Source: Botryllus schlosseri (lineage: Eukaryota). From it: a stretch of DNA of 64,000 bases. A model generated the notes under the pieces. The model was not told the DNA's origin. It did not search any database and worked only from the letters and a program-made list of their open reading frames with translations. The translations under genes and the position numbers were made by a program. This document shows, piece after piece, positions 13,301 through 28,300 of the stretch; position 1 is the stretch's first letter; every line of letters begins with the position of its first letter. The stretch covers positions 9,672,001 to 9,736,000 of the forward strand of contig CM119376.1 of assembly GCA_051294905.1 (NCBI GenBank), written 5' to 3'.

Positions 13301-16300
13301 TATCAGATTTTACCAAAGCCAAATTCATTACTGTGGATTTGCAGCTGCGAATCAGATTTTTCAAGCATGAACTGTATAAAGAATAGATCACGCATCTGTT
13401 TGACTAACGAAAACCTTCACCACTGAGTTTGACTTGCTCTCACCACTATAGAACACAGATTTAAAGAACTAGCTTTAATTAAAGTTAGTGACACTATAAA
13501 ATGATACTAGGAAGTGAAAATAACGTGAATTCTTCCACTAGCTGTGACTGTGCTGTATTGCATCTGTCTGACTGTAAATTATTTCATGGGAGTTATAACG
13601 GAACGGAAAAAGTTTTCGGATATGCTTGCATCGGTTTTATGAATATTTGGTCATAACTACTCAGCAAAATAGCCCTAAATCCAACTTCACAAGATTGCAC
13701 CTAACTCTAATGTTGAGTTAGTGACGGAGATACATCTTGCGGAAGTAGCCACCTCTAATTAATCACTAACAGCACGTGACAATGATAAATTGAATACTGC
13801 TAGAAATGGACCTATCATACCTTCGTCGCAATCTCCGTTTGGAGCGGTCAGTATGGTACCATCGCAGTATTTACCAGCTTCGCACGGTAGGCATTCGAGT
13901 GCATCCGACAGTCCCGTCACGTTGCTGTATGTACCGGCGGGGCACGGTTTCCAGTCACGTCCTACCGATATGAAAAGAACAGTAGTAATCAATTAATCGC
14001 AATTGCCATTAAAAATTCCATACAATATAATGACGCATCTAACTACATCGCGATTAATTGCTTGATATTTGATATGCATGGAAATTCACGACTAAAAATG
14101 TATATCTCCGTCGTGTGCACAACTGCCATTTTCATTATTTGCAGGTTATGTTTTCTGTTTTATCCACAGATATATATGCATTTTGCTAATGAGCATTGGA
14201 ATTCAAATTCATCAAAGTTAATAACACAAAACCTATGTCACCAGACGGGATTCTTGCACTTGTCTATCCTTGGTTATCTGCAATGATCAATCACTACATT
14301 GTAATACAGAAAAATACTTTGATACCGTTTATTTATTATTTACGATTCTCCACTACTGTTTTACGCTGCCCATTGCTATGTTACGTTATATTTTTGTTGC
14401 GAGGATAGGTATGTAATGATGGTGATTCTAAACCCGACATTGTTGCATCAGAAATCGCAATTTGGTTTTGAATTGAATTTTATTTACTTTATTTATCACT
14501 GCATTTATTACTATTTACTTTATCGCACCTGTAACTCTTGATAAAAGGCAAGCAGTATTACTTTTAAAAGCTTTATTTACTGTTATCGTGCGTTCGCCCT
14601 TATCTGTTTAAATATTCTACGGTTGCGACATTCTGTCTTCATTGCGTAACCCTTTAATAACTCTCACACATTCCGCCTGACAGACAATTATTAGCAGAAA
14701 GCCGAAGTGTCACAAATCAGACGTTTGGAATCGACTACCCAAACTTCATAGGAAACTTAAGTGAATGACTATAACAGAGCTGTATGCAAAGTAAATCTAC
14801 CAAAAACGATCCTTGGTTTGTGGAATAAGCAGTGCACGAATAGATGGTAGCAAAATTCCTATCAAGGGATCGTCATAAAGTAAGGACCAGTAAAATGTAC
14901 CACTTCAAGCTTCAGGCTTCACATACCTTACCTGAAAGTGGCAACAAACCACCCAGTGTCGTACATATGTGACTGGGAGTATGACATGGAAGACTAGACA
15001 AATTTCCAAATCCAAATAGGATTTTCATAGAATTATAGCCACACTGTTTTTTCCAAATTATATTACTGATTTCGCAAAAAAATGGGAATTTAATGGAAGC
15101 AAAATTAGAATGAAATACGACCAAAGTCCAGTTAATATAAAATCAGAGTTTATTCAAATAAGCACAAGAATGGTAAATCTCTGTACCGAAAGCTTGCATC
15201 GTTCTACACTATACAGTTATCATTGGGCAGTTTCAGGGAAACCGCAAATTAGATTAAAATTGGATTAGTGGTATTTTTCTCCAACTAGTTCAAGTGTAAG
15301 TGAATATTTGCTGTTCCCAAAACAATGCAACATAAAATGCGAATTTTTCAGTTCACCAAGTGGAAACAAAAAATTCAACATCATAATGCAACTTAAACAC
15401 ATAAATAGATTCGCCATCTACCCACCTGTGCCGTTGGGGCAGTAATACCCTTCCGGGCAATCGAGTATGTTTGTGAAATCATCGGGAGGTGAAGGCATAC
15501 AATAAAAGCGCTCCGGACACAGTTCGCAAGACGACTGACCTAACAAACAAAAAGAGATGGTCACGATTTCACAGCGGGTCGTAAACGCAATCCACTGACC
15601 TTCCGTGTTGGTGTACGTTCCATCGGCGCATTCTCTGTATATTTCGCTACCGTTCGGGCAGCGAACACCGTACGGGCATACATTATCGTAACTGCTGCTC
15701 TGTCCTTCGAGGCAGTAATATCCTCCAAGACATGGCTCATCGACACTGGTTTGACCGAAATCAGGGCAGTAAAATCCGGCTAGTCATGAAAATATTGATT
15801 AAGTGGTGGAAATAAATTTCGCTATCAGAGTACTAAAAGGGCTTTGCCCATCTGCATTAGTTACTCAAGTGGTTATTAAATTGCACTTCTACCTACAAGT
15901 TTTGAGATTTTAGGTAAATCCCGATCATAAATACTCCTTTACTTGGGCCTAATTGGAAATCTACATGTAATTGAGTAGAAATTTACAATATTAGAAAGTA
16001 GAAAGTAGTTTTGGGATAAAAGTAGTTTAAAATACCTTTGTATTGCAATAACTCAGACAATAAACTCAGACTTGGGCATTGTGCGGCCCGTGACGTGATT
16101 CTGAGCAGGCTGTGATAAGTTCCACGGAAATTGTACCACAAAATCTATTTATTAATGTTAATGTGTGGACGAAAACTATAGTCTATATAAACTGAACCGA
16201 AAATGCCTTTACTTTGAATTCTAGTTCATTTATGCACCATGATTACGTAACCTACGTACGTCGTATGAGTAATCCAGATTCAAAATATAGTCTACCCGCC

Positions 16301-19300
16301 CAATATATTCAAAATTTTTATCTCAATTCAAAAATGCAAGAAGTAGGACACATCCAATATTCATCGAAATAAACATCAGTTAAAATTAACGTAGTAGTTT
16401 GCGACATATTTTACTGCATGGTGTCGCATTAGAGCGTTCATGGTCTACTTTTAGCATAGGTCAGAATAGTAGGGGAGAGTGGGTAGGTATGGGCCACTGT
16501 TGAGGTGTGGGCCACTACCATATCTGGTGACTGTGACATCACATTTGCTTGACAAGCTGTGTGATTGTTAGAAAAAGGCTTCAGACTCACCCATGTTACT
16601 CACAGCCATGAGGCCAGCGGAGTTTTAGACTTAGCTAGAGATATATAATTTTTGCGGTCTAAAGTAAATTTATTTGAAAATAGGGAATTTGGGTTTGAGT
16701 CCACATATGTGCATATTTGGATTAGACTTATTTATGGTGTGAAAGCTATAGAAATATGCTATCTATAGAGTATAGTTTTAATGCTTTGTCAATCTCTCGG
16801 ATCTTGAAATTATGGTAAGAATCCCCAAGATGGAGTGTTTGAGGTATGGGCCTTTTAGAAGATTGGGGTATGGGCCGGCCCATACCTCAATAGGTTGTGG
16901 TATGGGCCAGCATAACATATACCTGAAATCAATATTTGATGGATCCTATTAAATATATTTATCTCTAGAATACAGAAGGTGTTGGTCTTATCCCTCCCAT
17001 ATACAATCACTTGAAAGTAAATCATGAGACCCATAAAAAGGCAAGTTTTCAAAATCAGATCTAAGCTTGGCAATATGAAACGTTAAAGCGTGGGAGGTAT
17101 CAAAAAGAGAAGCATGCCGTCAGTACAAAATTGGTAGAGCTACATTAAGCAGGTATATGGAAAAACAGGGGATGAGTCTCACATATAAAAAAAGATTTCA
17201 AAATCGTTTTCCAGTACTGTCTTTAATGAAGAAGAAAAAAGTTTGTTAGCACAGTATGTCATCATATGCTCAAATATGTATCATGGTTTGACACTACCAC
17301 TTAAATAAGAGATAGAGCTGTGACATTTGGATTTGATGGGTTAGTTGAGGCGAAAGAAGCATGATTTAGTACTGATTTTCATGTTACATATTTATAGATA
17401 TCTTGTTTCGTTATGCTTTATGGCTTACGATCAATACGGGAATTGAAATATATGGATTGTCCACTTCCAGCACAGCTTTATATCAGTATATACAAACTGT
17501 TGGTAACTGTGACAAGAGTTGAGGTTTGCGGGATATGAATGGTATTTATTGATTCAATACAGACAGTGGCCCATACCTCACCACCCCCCGCCCAATACCT
17601 CGTAGCCTATTTTTCATTTACAAAAATGATGTATTGTTACAAAATTTGATGTCACTTCCAAATACATGGGTATTTTAGCTTAATTCTACCAGGAATAGTT
17701 AGCCATATAACTAATGATCGTACATACCGAAATTTAGCAATATTAGACCAAGTTTGGCCAAGTTATAGCTTTGTAAGATTTGGTGGCCCACTCTCCCCTA
17801 CAATTGTTTTAAGTAGCCTACATCTCGTTTCGGACAATTTGTTAAAGCTACAGATACTTTTGAAACAACTTTGTTCAATTCAGACAGTGCAAGAATTGGC
17901 AACATCACAGAGCCATAGCAAACGGCAAAGTAGCCTTTCTTCTGAAGGATACCAAATGATCACAATCAATTTAGTGCTCTTTAGCAGCTGACTTCGTGAG
18001 CTAAGCCTTCAAAAAACTTCAATCAAATCACGCAAAACAATCCAACATATAAAAGGTAGCATTAAATGAAGTCTCCAAGATTACAATTGATTTGTAGCCA
18101 ATACGTTTTCGTCATTAAATTTAGTGTTCGTTAATTTTTGAAGGTTCACCGGTTCGCGAGATAAAAGAAGGTTGAGAACCACTGACTCAAACAACCTCTG
18201 ATTGCAACGGCTTGGTTACCTGGGCAGTCTGTGCAATTCGTTTCCGAGGCCAGGCCAGTCCTGTTGCTCCAAGTGCCCGGCGGACACTCTTGCGGCCGCA
18301 TTCCGGCCTCGCAGAAGAAACCCGCTTCGCATTCTACTTCTGTTTCACTCGTAGATCCAAGCGGACAGTAATAACCTAAAGAGATAAAAAAAAGGGGGCA
18401 TAGTTGAACACTGATGCAATTATAAATATTTATATTCAGCCTTGATTTCGCTTGAGTAAAAATTTGTCAGAAAAAGTAAACACAGGCAAAGTCTTGAAAA
18501 TTTGGAAAATTCAGAGAGGCATTGAGAAACAAATGTCTGTGACGCCAAGTCGCAATCCACTTATTTAAATTACCAATTATCATAAATTATCATTATTATG
18601 CTTCAACTTGAAGTTGGTGTGGTCTAAAAATTACTACCTCTGCTGAAATTAGCAGATATCTAAGGCGTTACTTGCACTTCTACTTGGCAGTATGAATGAC
18701 TTCTTTGACCACTTCTTATTATAGTAAGCCATGTATGTGGTTCTCGTGGCTACTCTTCCATAACAACATTAGTGCCGTGTATGAATCCAAGAAGCAACAA
18801 GGTAAACCAAACAAACTACTGTAACAATTATGAGATAATTTAGGATACAACTCGGACAGCTTAAAAATACAAGTAATTGATTTCATACAGGTCTGTTACC
18901 AAGTCACGAGGTTCCAAGTAACAATCCAATTTTATTTTCATAGTTTTGACTCAAGTCAAGGCGAGTAATTTTCAATTTACCACCGACACAAGTTCGAATT
19001 CAAGTCAGGGACCCGAGTCGTGGCGTCGAGTCAACGCACAAATCGACTCAAGCCATTATGAAGAAAATGAACCGAGTCAATGGGAAATTGCGGTTCGCGT
19101 CGTTACAGCCATGATTTCATGCTAACGGTACCTTCTTTGCAAACAAATCCGTCCGACGTCATGTTTTCGAAAGGACAGTAGTTTCCTAGGGTGCACTGCA
19201 AGCAGGCAGAAGAATTGGTCGAGCCAGGCATTGGATTGTAGGTACCGGTCACGCACGGAGTTGGAGACGTGGTCCTACTCTCGCAATAGAAACCTATAAA

Positions 19301-22300
19301 ACAGAGAATTATCGTAGGACTGCAGAGATGTGCTCAAAACGATCACTCGAGCCTTCACGCATATGGATGCATAGTAACGAGTATCTGGTTTCTACTCAAG
19401 TTGAGTACCATTAATCTAGTATCTCACATTAAAATGTCATAAAAGAACGAATAGTGTGGAATCAAATATGCGCCTTTCATGCAACCACAGAGACGGCAAT
19501 GCCAGTTTTACATGACCTTAAGTATTAATTTAGAATAGTTTCGACCATACCTATGTCGGTGCACTTCTTGACATTGCTGTTGATTGGTAACTAGTTCACG
19601 GAAATATGATCCCCGCTAACATGCGTAGCTTTGCAATGCGTGTTTCGCATGCTGCGATATGGCCCATCAAAATTTCAAGGCTTCCTCAGTGGAAAATAGT
19701 ATCGGAACTCAATTCTCGTTGATACATTAAATACTCGAATCATTTTACCCAGCCTGAGCAACAAGGAATCATCTGCTTGGTCATGCACAGATTTTACTAC
19801 GCCGAACTTTATTTTATGAGAGATGATCTAATCTTTCGTATCTTAATCAAAAGCTTGCCCGAGAAAAAATACATCAATACAGAGTAAATGGAAGTGTGAT
19901 TAATTTAATACCTGGAATAATATCCCGGTTATAAAATTAATTACTGTCAGGTCGCATTTATGTGAGTGAATATTCAGCCAGATCATGCGGTAATTAGAGA
20001 TACATCTTGTTATCGCATTGGCCTTATTAATATACTATGACGTATCTGTATATCTCTATGGTAATAGTTATAGGCATTGAATAAAACATCATTTTTCTAA
20101 TAAGAGAGTTGAAATTTGTGTTGCTGATTTTGCGGGCAAGCAACTCATAAATTAGGGGCAACCCCTCAAAATTACAGAATGTCAATCGTTTTTTAATCTT
20201 ATGAAGTGGTCATTAGCTATGAAGCTTGCGGTCACCCCAAATCAACACTTCTAGAGCCACTGCCTTAGCCAAAACTTCAGAACATATACAGAGAACACAG
20301 AAATTTGCAGAAATTATGTCTAATCCTGGAATTTGGATGCAACCACAGCTACTCTTTCTAAACACACCTCGTTCTCAAAGAGATTCCAACAGTTTTAAAT
20401 TAAGATACAATTCAATTTATAAAATTAAACATTCAATTTCAAGCTTCAGAGTGCAGAAACTTTCAAAACTCACCCGGAATGCAGGGACCCCGTTCATCAC
20501 CGAATGCGGCTGGGGCCGAAGACGACGCCCCAGACTTGCAATAGTACCCCGGTTCACAATCACCTCTTGGCTCAGGCAATCCAGGAGTGTCACAGTACCT
20601 GTTTTGAGACAGTCAATGATGAGAACATGCTTCGAACTCGTACCCGTGTATACTAACATTCCACCGATGCACGGAAAGCACGCATCTTGGTTAGTTCCCC
20701 CCGTCACGTTTCGGAATGTGCCAGCCGGACATGGGAATTCGTTATCAAATTTTGTTCCGTTTGGACAGAAATGTCCCATCGGACACGCCGAGGATTCGTT
20801 GTAGACGACCACGGGAGCCATGAAGTTATTGCAGTAGTATCCCTCTGGGCACTGGAATGAGATATTAGGTTAGCTTCCGCTAAATTGTGGTTGCTTATGC
20901 TATCAAAAGAATTTCTACTAGTTTCTATGATGCCGTTGATCATCATTTTTCTACGTTTGTATTTTTCATAATTAATTTCAAGTTTGGAGTGCAACCACTT
21001 CTGTAGTAAGTTTCTCATGGACTGGGTGGCTAAGCTTTAATCGGACTTATCTGCATATCATATTTCAATCGATTGCATTTTTGTGATATGTGCTATAGAT
21101 TTGTACAGTTAAGAAATAAAGATTCTCTCTGTCTTCTGATGATAATACGTATGAGTAAAATTGGTACTTGCAAAAATTTAGAAATTTGGAGCACACCAAA
21201 TTCAGATAAAGGTCTTAGAATGTCAAGATGGTCAAAAATGCATGATCTTGTTGCACCGAAATAATATTGAAAGGCACACTCTAGTTTTGTACCGAATACT
21301 ATCGCCCAGAACGAACCTCTTTGCAAGTTGCCTGTGCCTCTTCGTCTTGATAATACCCGGAATCGCACCGAACGGCTTCAACAGACCCGGCATGACAATA
21401 GTGGCCTCTCGGACATTTGTAGGACGGAGGCGTGGCAGTGGTGATATCTTTCGTCGTACCGTCACAGTAAAATCCAGGATCGCAGAGATCTAAAAGTCAG
21501 GCCGTGTTGCATAGAAATGCTTTGAAACAGCTTAAGGAGACTTGATATTGCATGTTTATTTGATTTACAACTAATGAAGTACTAACGATACTCTGGTCAG
21601 ATAATAAATTTCATTGGGCGTTGAAGTTACACATTTCTTCACCTATATAGGTGATCAAAGTAGCCACTAATGCGATGTGTGTGCCAATAGGAATGGTGTA
21701 ACCAAATTAAACCAAGTCACAGCAGATTTTACAGGTTACAAAATACAGCACAATTCGTAAGATATTCAATATTGTAACACAAGAAAGAAAATAGGGTAAA
21801 CTAAACTACCTTTGGGGGTATTGGCACCATTTTCCGAACAATAATACCCGGGGTCGCATGCTACGCAGTCATCTTCTGATACACCTCCTGTTTCATTGCG
21901 ATATGTACCAGCAGGGCATGGTTGAGGTGAAGAAGTTCCTCTCACGCAGAAATGTCCCTCAGGACAAATTCCACCTAAAAATGAGTCAATATTTGTATGA
22001 GAATCAGAAGCAGAATAATGCTTATTCGGTATGGCAATGTGTGTGCAATACAAAGAAACAACTAAAGTGAATAATGATATGGAACCTGGTTGTGGCAAGG
22101 GGATCAAAATAACATCTAGTCAACCAATAACCAGACACAAAATCTTTGTATCAAAACATATTGTAAGGAGTTCATTGTACATCAACAAAAACGATGTCAA
22201 TAGTTGAGGGGGAAAGAAGGGCAAAAATCGAGAGTAAGCAAACAGAAAGCGTAATAGCATACAGATTTGTGAAATACCTAATTACTTATTATACAAATGT

Positions 22301-25300
22301 CTAATATGTATCATTAGTTGGGAAAGAAGTTGCGGTGATGCATCTTATTATACACAGGAGGCGTGTGTGCAATTTTTTTGAGAAGCAGATAAGATTTCAC
22401 ATGATATTACATCAGGGTTTTAATGACTCGGGTCATATTCTCAAATGCGTAAAATGATTCAGCTCGACTCGAGTCAATTTGTGTATTGACTCGACTTGTA
22501 CTCAAGTCATTTTACAAGACTCAAATCAAGTCATATGACTCGAGACTAGGACGGCGAAGACCGACATTTAATTGTAACTTGAAAGAATGCTTAAGTCATC
22601 ACATTATTGGTATTTCGTCTATCAGTCCTGATACTTGGATAATAGAGCCAGAGACTGTTAGGATTAGGACTGAGGAAAATTACGATAATATAAATGCGAG
22701 CCATTCTATATCACTCGAGCAGAGTTGTAGAAACACAGGTTGAACTGGATTGATCTCAAAATTGAACAGTGAACATAACGACTGGGACTCAGACTCGAGT
22801 CAAAACACTATGACTAAGGCAAACTAGGGCAATGTGCCGATATGGGTTGCTTTAGGTCTGTATTTGGCCTGGTACTACGTAGGCCTACGTAGCGCGAATA
22901 TTATTGTTATTCTGTTTGTGGGTCTTTGCAATGTTAAATACCCTAGGAACACTTTTTTTGCCCCCCCCCCCCCCCCCCCTTCCTCAGAAGTCACGCCTTC
23001 TCTATCATTAGAGTTTTCACTGAAGATACAAATTGCGGTGCTAAAATAGTCAACTATTTACATAAAAATCCAGATAGAATGTGGAAGAAAGGTAAAATTC
23101 ACTTCCTTTACGTTGCAGGACAATCCAGCAACACCAGCAAGTACTAGGCACAGTATGAGTGTGAATGAACCATTACCCGAATCGCTGCCGTTTGCTTTGG
23201 AAGATCCGACCTCACAGTAAAACCCAGCATCACACTCCGCAGTTACGTTATCAAGCAGCGGTGCGTCGCAATAATACCTGAACTCCAATATCAAAATACA
23301 AGAATTCAAAACAAAGCAATCGTACAGCAACACCTACCCAGCTGTGCATGGAATTTGATTGGGGCTGCCTTCGGGACAATAGTGTCCGCTTGCGCAGCCG
23401 AATTCAGTAGAGCTGACCGATCCTTCTGGGCAGAAATAACCTTCACGGCATGGCAGCGTGGGTTGGACAGTGCCATTGCTCGGACAATACATTCCACCTT
23501 GATAGTAGAGCAATACGAAATTAGTTGATTCGAAAACATATTTTAATGCAACAATTTAGCATCACTTAACACTAGAGCTTGGTACTTAGAGTTATTGAAT
23601 TCTGAATCGCGAATCAGGCTAATTACAATGAGTGTGGACCATATGGAAAGTTCAAATTTAAAATTTTTATGCAACCACAAAGAAAATAAAGTTCTAAATA
23701 AAATTTGGTAATTTTTCGACCACACCTATTTCCTTGCGTATTGCATTGCATACAACGTTAATCATGATTTCACAGAAATCCACGCAATATTCCAAATGTT
23801 TTGGATGCGGTGACAAGAGCAATTAATGAATGATTGAACCTATATTTCCTACAATATCATTTGAAGTGGAAAGAGCAGAATGTTATCGGCACTTACTTAA
23901 AAACTTACCCCTCACTACTCGACTCAAATCATTGCAATTAATATTAAATTCGAATTTGAGCACTCGAAATCGTTGCAACTACACCAAATTGACAATAACA
24001 ACTGATCCAAATTACTGCAGCAGGCTGCTTACTCCATTCAAAGATTAATTTACCAAGAAAACAAATCGTGCTAACGAATTATTGACATGTGTTTACGAAT
24101 TAAATTGGGATATCCTTATTCAACTAATCATGGATTATTATCTGAAAATTGCGCTATGCCAAGCATTTCAACACAGTTAGACGAAATTAATAATAAATAT
24201 TCTAGTAACATGACAGAGAAAATATTTTCATACCGTCACAATTTACACAGTCGTTCTCAGAAGTCTTGTGGGTTCCGTTATTGTAAGTCCCGGCAGGGCA
24301 CGGATATTGATATTGACTGGACGTGCTTTCGGGACAGTAATGTCCGGCGGGACAAAATGACTTGGTAAAATTTGATGTACCTTCTTCACAAAAGTAGCCT
24401 GAAAACGACAAAAACACAAGTGTTTACGAAATATCAATTAAGTTACTGGCAGACGTGCTGAAGAGTAACTATCTACTTAACTTCAAATAGAAGCGGTAAT
24501 TTGTAAGACATGTAAACATTTCTTCAAGTGAGAGTTCAAAATCAAAGGAAATGACTCAAGTTAGTACTTGAGAGAAGTAGATTTAGTTGAGTGGAAGCAT
24601 ACTTTTAGCAGGAATTTAGGAAAACTGGTTATTAAAGGAAAGGTCAGCAGTCTCAACCAGCGGTAATCACTGCCCCATTTCCATCTGGTCTAGTTAATAA
24701 ATAAAAACAGATCATCACAGATCTTATAAATAAGGACTATGCAGTTTTATGGTTGTAGTTTCAACGCTGGCCTTTTGTGGACCCCTTGAAAATAAACAAA
24801 TTTGATTCAATTCCAAGCTGTAAAAGTGAAGTAATTTGAGTTTTCCGTTGATAATTCTGTGATTACACACCGTTAATGCTATTTTTCAAATTCAAAATTT
24901 CCAACTGCAATAACTTCGCTTCTACCAGTTGGAATTGAGTTAAATTTGTTTTGCATCGTTTTTGTAGACAACATATCAATTTCATGGGGTAGCCAGTAAA
25001 ATTTGAAATTTTATTTCTGAAATATTTTATATTAAATTCAAAATTTTAAAACTATACCGTAGTAGCTTCCCGATTACCGATTGGAATAGATCCAAATTTG
25101 GTGACCATTGTTTTTTAGGGCAACCTGACCATTTAGTTGCCTAGCAAGCAAGATATGGAACAGTACTACTGTACAAGTAGTATACAAGTACATGTTCACA
25201 GGGCCATCATTGCATAGGCATTAGGCAGTAATATATTGATTACCAATGGTCTGAGTCAATCATTATTTTATTCAGTTGGTAAATCGGTGTGCGTTCACAT

Positions 25301-28300
25301 TAAATCTCACACCCCCTGTTAAATAATAAAGCACAGTATACAAGCCAACTTACCAGCTTGACAAGGCTCACAACTGTCCGATCCGTAACCCGCAGAATAA
25401 TTTCCGGCGGGGCAAAGTTCAGGGAATGATGAGCCTCCGACACAGTATGACCCAGGTGGGCAACGACCCCCGTAACCACGCTGGACACCATCAAAGCACC
25501 AACCGTCGATAGCAGTGGAGTTGTCCCCGTCTGGCCTTGGTCTGTCCATTCCAGACACGCAGTAATAGCCCGGGTCACAATCACCTGCATTATAATGGGA
25601 AGGGTGGATACAGATCATTATAATCGCAACACTTTTTCAGGATATAACATGGTTTCTTATCCACATTGAGAAGTAGATAAGCGACATCAATCACCAATTG
25701 ATGTTTCCCATCAACATATCTACATTTATGGATAGGGTTCGGTTTGGGTTGAGGATTACGTTACTGTTGGGCCGGGATTAAGACGTCGTAGGATTAGGGC
25801 TGGTAATAAGGGTTATGGATGCTTCTATCATACCCTACCCAACCACCTAACTTAAACCAACAATAAAAATCGAATCGCTAACATGCAGATATCGAGTTTC
25901 ATGGACTGCACAGTTGATTGCCACATGAGATCATATAAATCAGTGGTTCTTAACCTTTTTTCGTCCAGCGCCCCCTTTCAAAAATTATCGAGCTCCAGCG
26001 CCCCCCAACCTCATATTGTAAGGAATGTAATAAAGACAATGACTAAGAAGGAGGGCCGTAACAGCACTTCGTCAACCCCCCTAAAAACGATTGCCTTGTG
26101 CACCTATAGCGTGATTAACCAAACTTCTGAGGGCTTCGCCCCCAAGAACGCCGTAGCGTGATTTCGATGGTAGGCAAAGTTTGTGTGGCCCTGTCGTCCT
26201 AGGTACCAAAATTTTATATAATGCATGAATGAATGGGTGGTAATTACATATATAAGTCGCTATAAACTTTTTATCCTCTCAGCCCACGTAATCAGATTTA
26301 CCAGTAGCGCTGAGTGAGCTGTTGTATGGGTAAATAAAGGGCACGTAATGATTAATTTAACATATTCGGGCGTGCCCGTAGGTACGATTAATTCGTTACC
26401 AGGGCCGTAACAGCACTTCGTCAGCCCCCCCCCCCCCCAAAAAAAAACGTTGGTCTTGGGCCCCCCATCGGGTGATAAGCCAGACTTCCGGGGGACTTCG
26501 CCCCCAGACCCTCCTTCGGCTATCCGCTATTTGCTGATACTAGTCATCTACATTGGGTGTCCGTTTACTGAGCCAGCTATTCTCGCCTAGACGCGCTAAG
26601 CGCGAAAAATTTCAATAATTAATGATTAAATTGGTCAATACGATCGGGAATTGCATGTATATTGATATCAATTTTTATCCTCTCTCCACTCACGTAAACA
26701 GATTTACCGGTAGAGCTGAGTGATGTGTGATTGAAAAGGTAGGACCCCTCAATAATAATTATACATCTTCGGGCGTATACCCGTTGGCAGGAACGAAACG
26801 GCACTTCGTAAGGCCCCCCGAAAAAACTTGGTCTTGGGCTCCAATAGGGTGATAAACCGACCGCCCCCCCCATCACGTTGTTCGCTTTAGCCACGAAATC
26901 AGCTGCACTGTTTAGCGAGCCAGTGCGAAGCGCGAAAACTTTCGATAATTCATGATAAAATCGGTCAGTAAGATCGGGAATTGCATATATATTGCAATCA
27001 ATTTCTTGTCCTCTCTGCTCACGTTACCAGATTTACCGTTAGAGCTGAGTGAGGTGCAATGTTCCCTCTAAGCTGTGCACGTGCGCAGTGCTTACACGGT
27101 CTCTGCGCGCAGAAAATCTATGCTGCGCACAACACATCCGAAGTTATGACCTTTTTTTAGTCGTTACGCACTGTTGTCCAAGGGTCTGCACAGTGAGTTG
27201 TTGAGTGTGCGCAGACTCGTCAAAACGTAGAGCGAACATTGTGAGGTGTCTTGGAAACTGTAGGGCCCGTAACTAATAATTAAACATATTAGGGCGGGCG
27301 AACCCGTTGGTATGACTTCGTTGCATGATGTTATTTCGTGACCTCCTGTCTGCTATATCAAAAAATATAGAATCGCCCAACAGGGATATCGCCCAACAGG
27401 AATATCTAGCTTTAGATATCCCTGTCGCCCAATCGTACTAAACTAAAAGACGCACACGATTTCAAATTGGGATTTCTTCACTGGCATGTAATTTTTCCCT
27501 GCCAGATGGAATTCGTCTTCTGGGCTTCAGATTGCCAAGACAGGAACATTCGGTGCCAGTCATTTAGGCGCCCATGGACATTTAAACCTATATGTCGAAG
27601 TTTTCGGTGTTAATTTGCTCTGAATACTCATTAGGGATATGTCCTACCACCACATCCTCTACTGCGAAGCCATTTTTCTCCAGCGCCCCCCATACCGCCC
27701 CCCTGAGCGTTTCCGCCCCCTTCCAAATCGCCAGCGCCCCTTGGGGGGCGCTGGAGGCAAGGTTAAGAACCACTGATATAAATGGTAACACATTCATGCG
27801 GAGCACTGATTGGTGATGATCATGGGTAACACTTCTCGGTGTGCATAAGAAAGTATATTCGCCCCTATTTTCAATTCACCTGTCCACGTGCTAGCGCCTG
27901 AGGTCTCGCAATACTTTCCGGCATCACAAGCCAAGCACTGAGATATATTGGCCGATCCCGTGTCTGGATTGTAAGTGCCTTTTGGGCAAGCGATTTCATC
28001 GTCGCCAGTCCCGGCAGGGCAGTAATGTCCGTACGGGCACGCCACTATACCGCCAGCCGAAGTGCATTTAAATCCTTCCTCACAGGGCGGGCAAAATTCA
28101 GCTTTGTCCCAATCCACCTGAAAACGAGCGGGAAATGATTTTAAAATCAAAACGACATGAGTGGTTTACTCGGACATGCGCCATCTTCACTAATTTTAAA
28201 AATGTAAACATAAAAACCACTTTACTCACATAAGTCCCGTCTTCACACGGCCTCGGAGCCGCAGATCCGTTTGGACATCGAAAATTCCCTTGACAGTACG

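Noticed and set aside
25720-25870. TAGGGTT-like motifs suggesting an interstitial telomere
   Set aside because: Degenerate, non-tandem; more likely part of a Helitron/Helentron-type non-autonomous repeat, with boundaries unclear.
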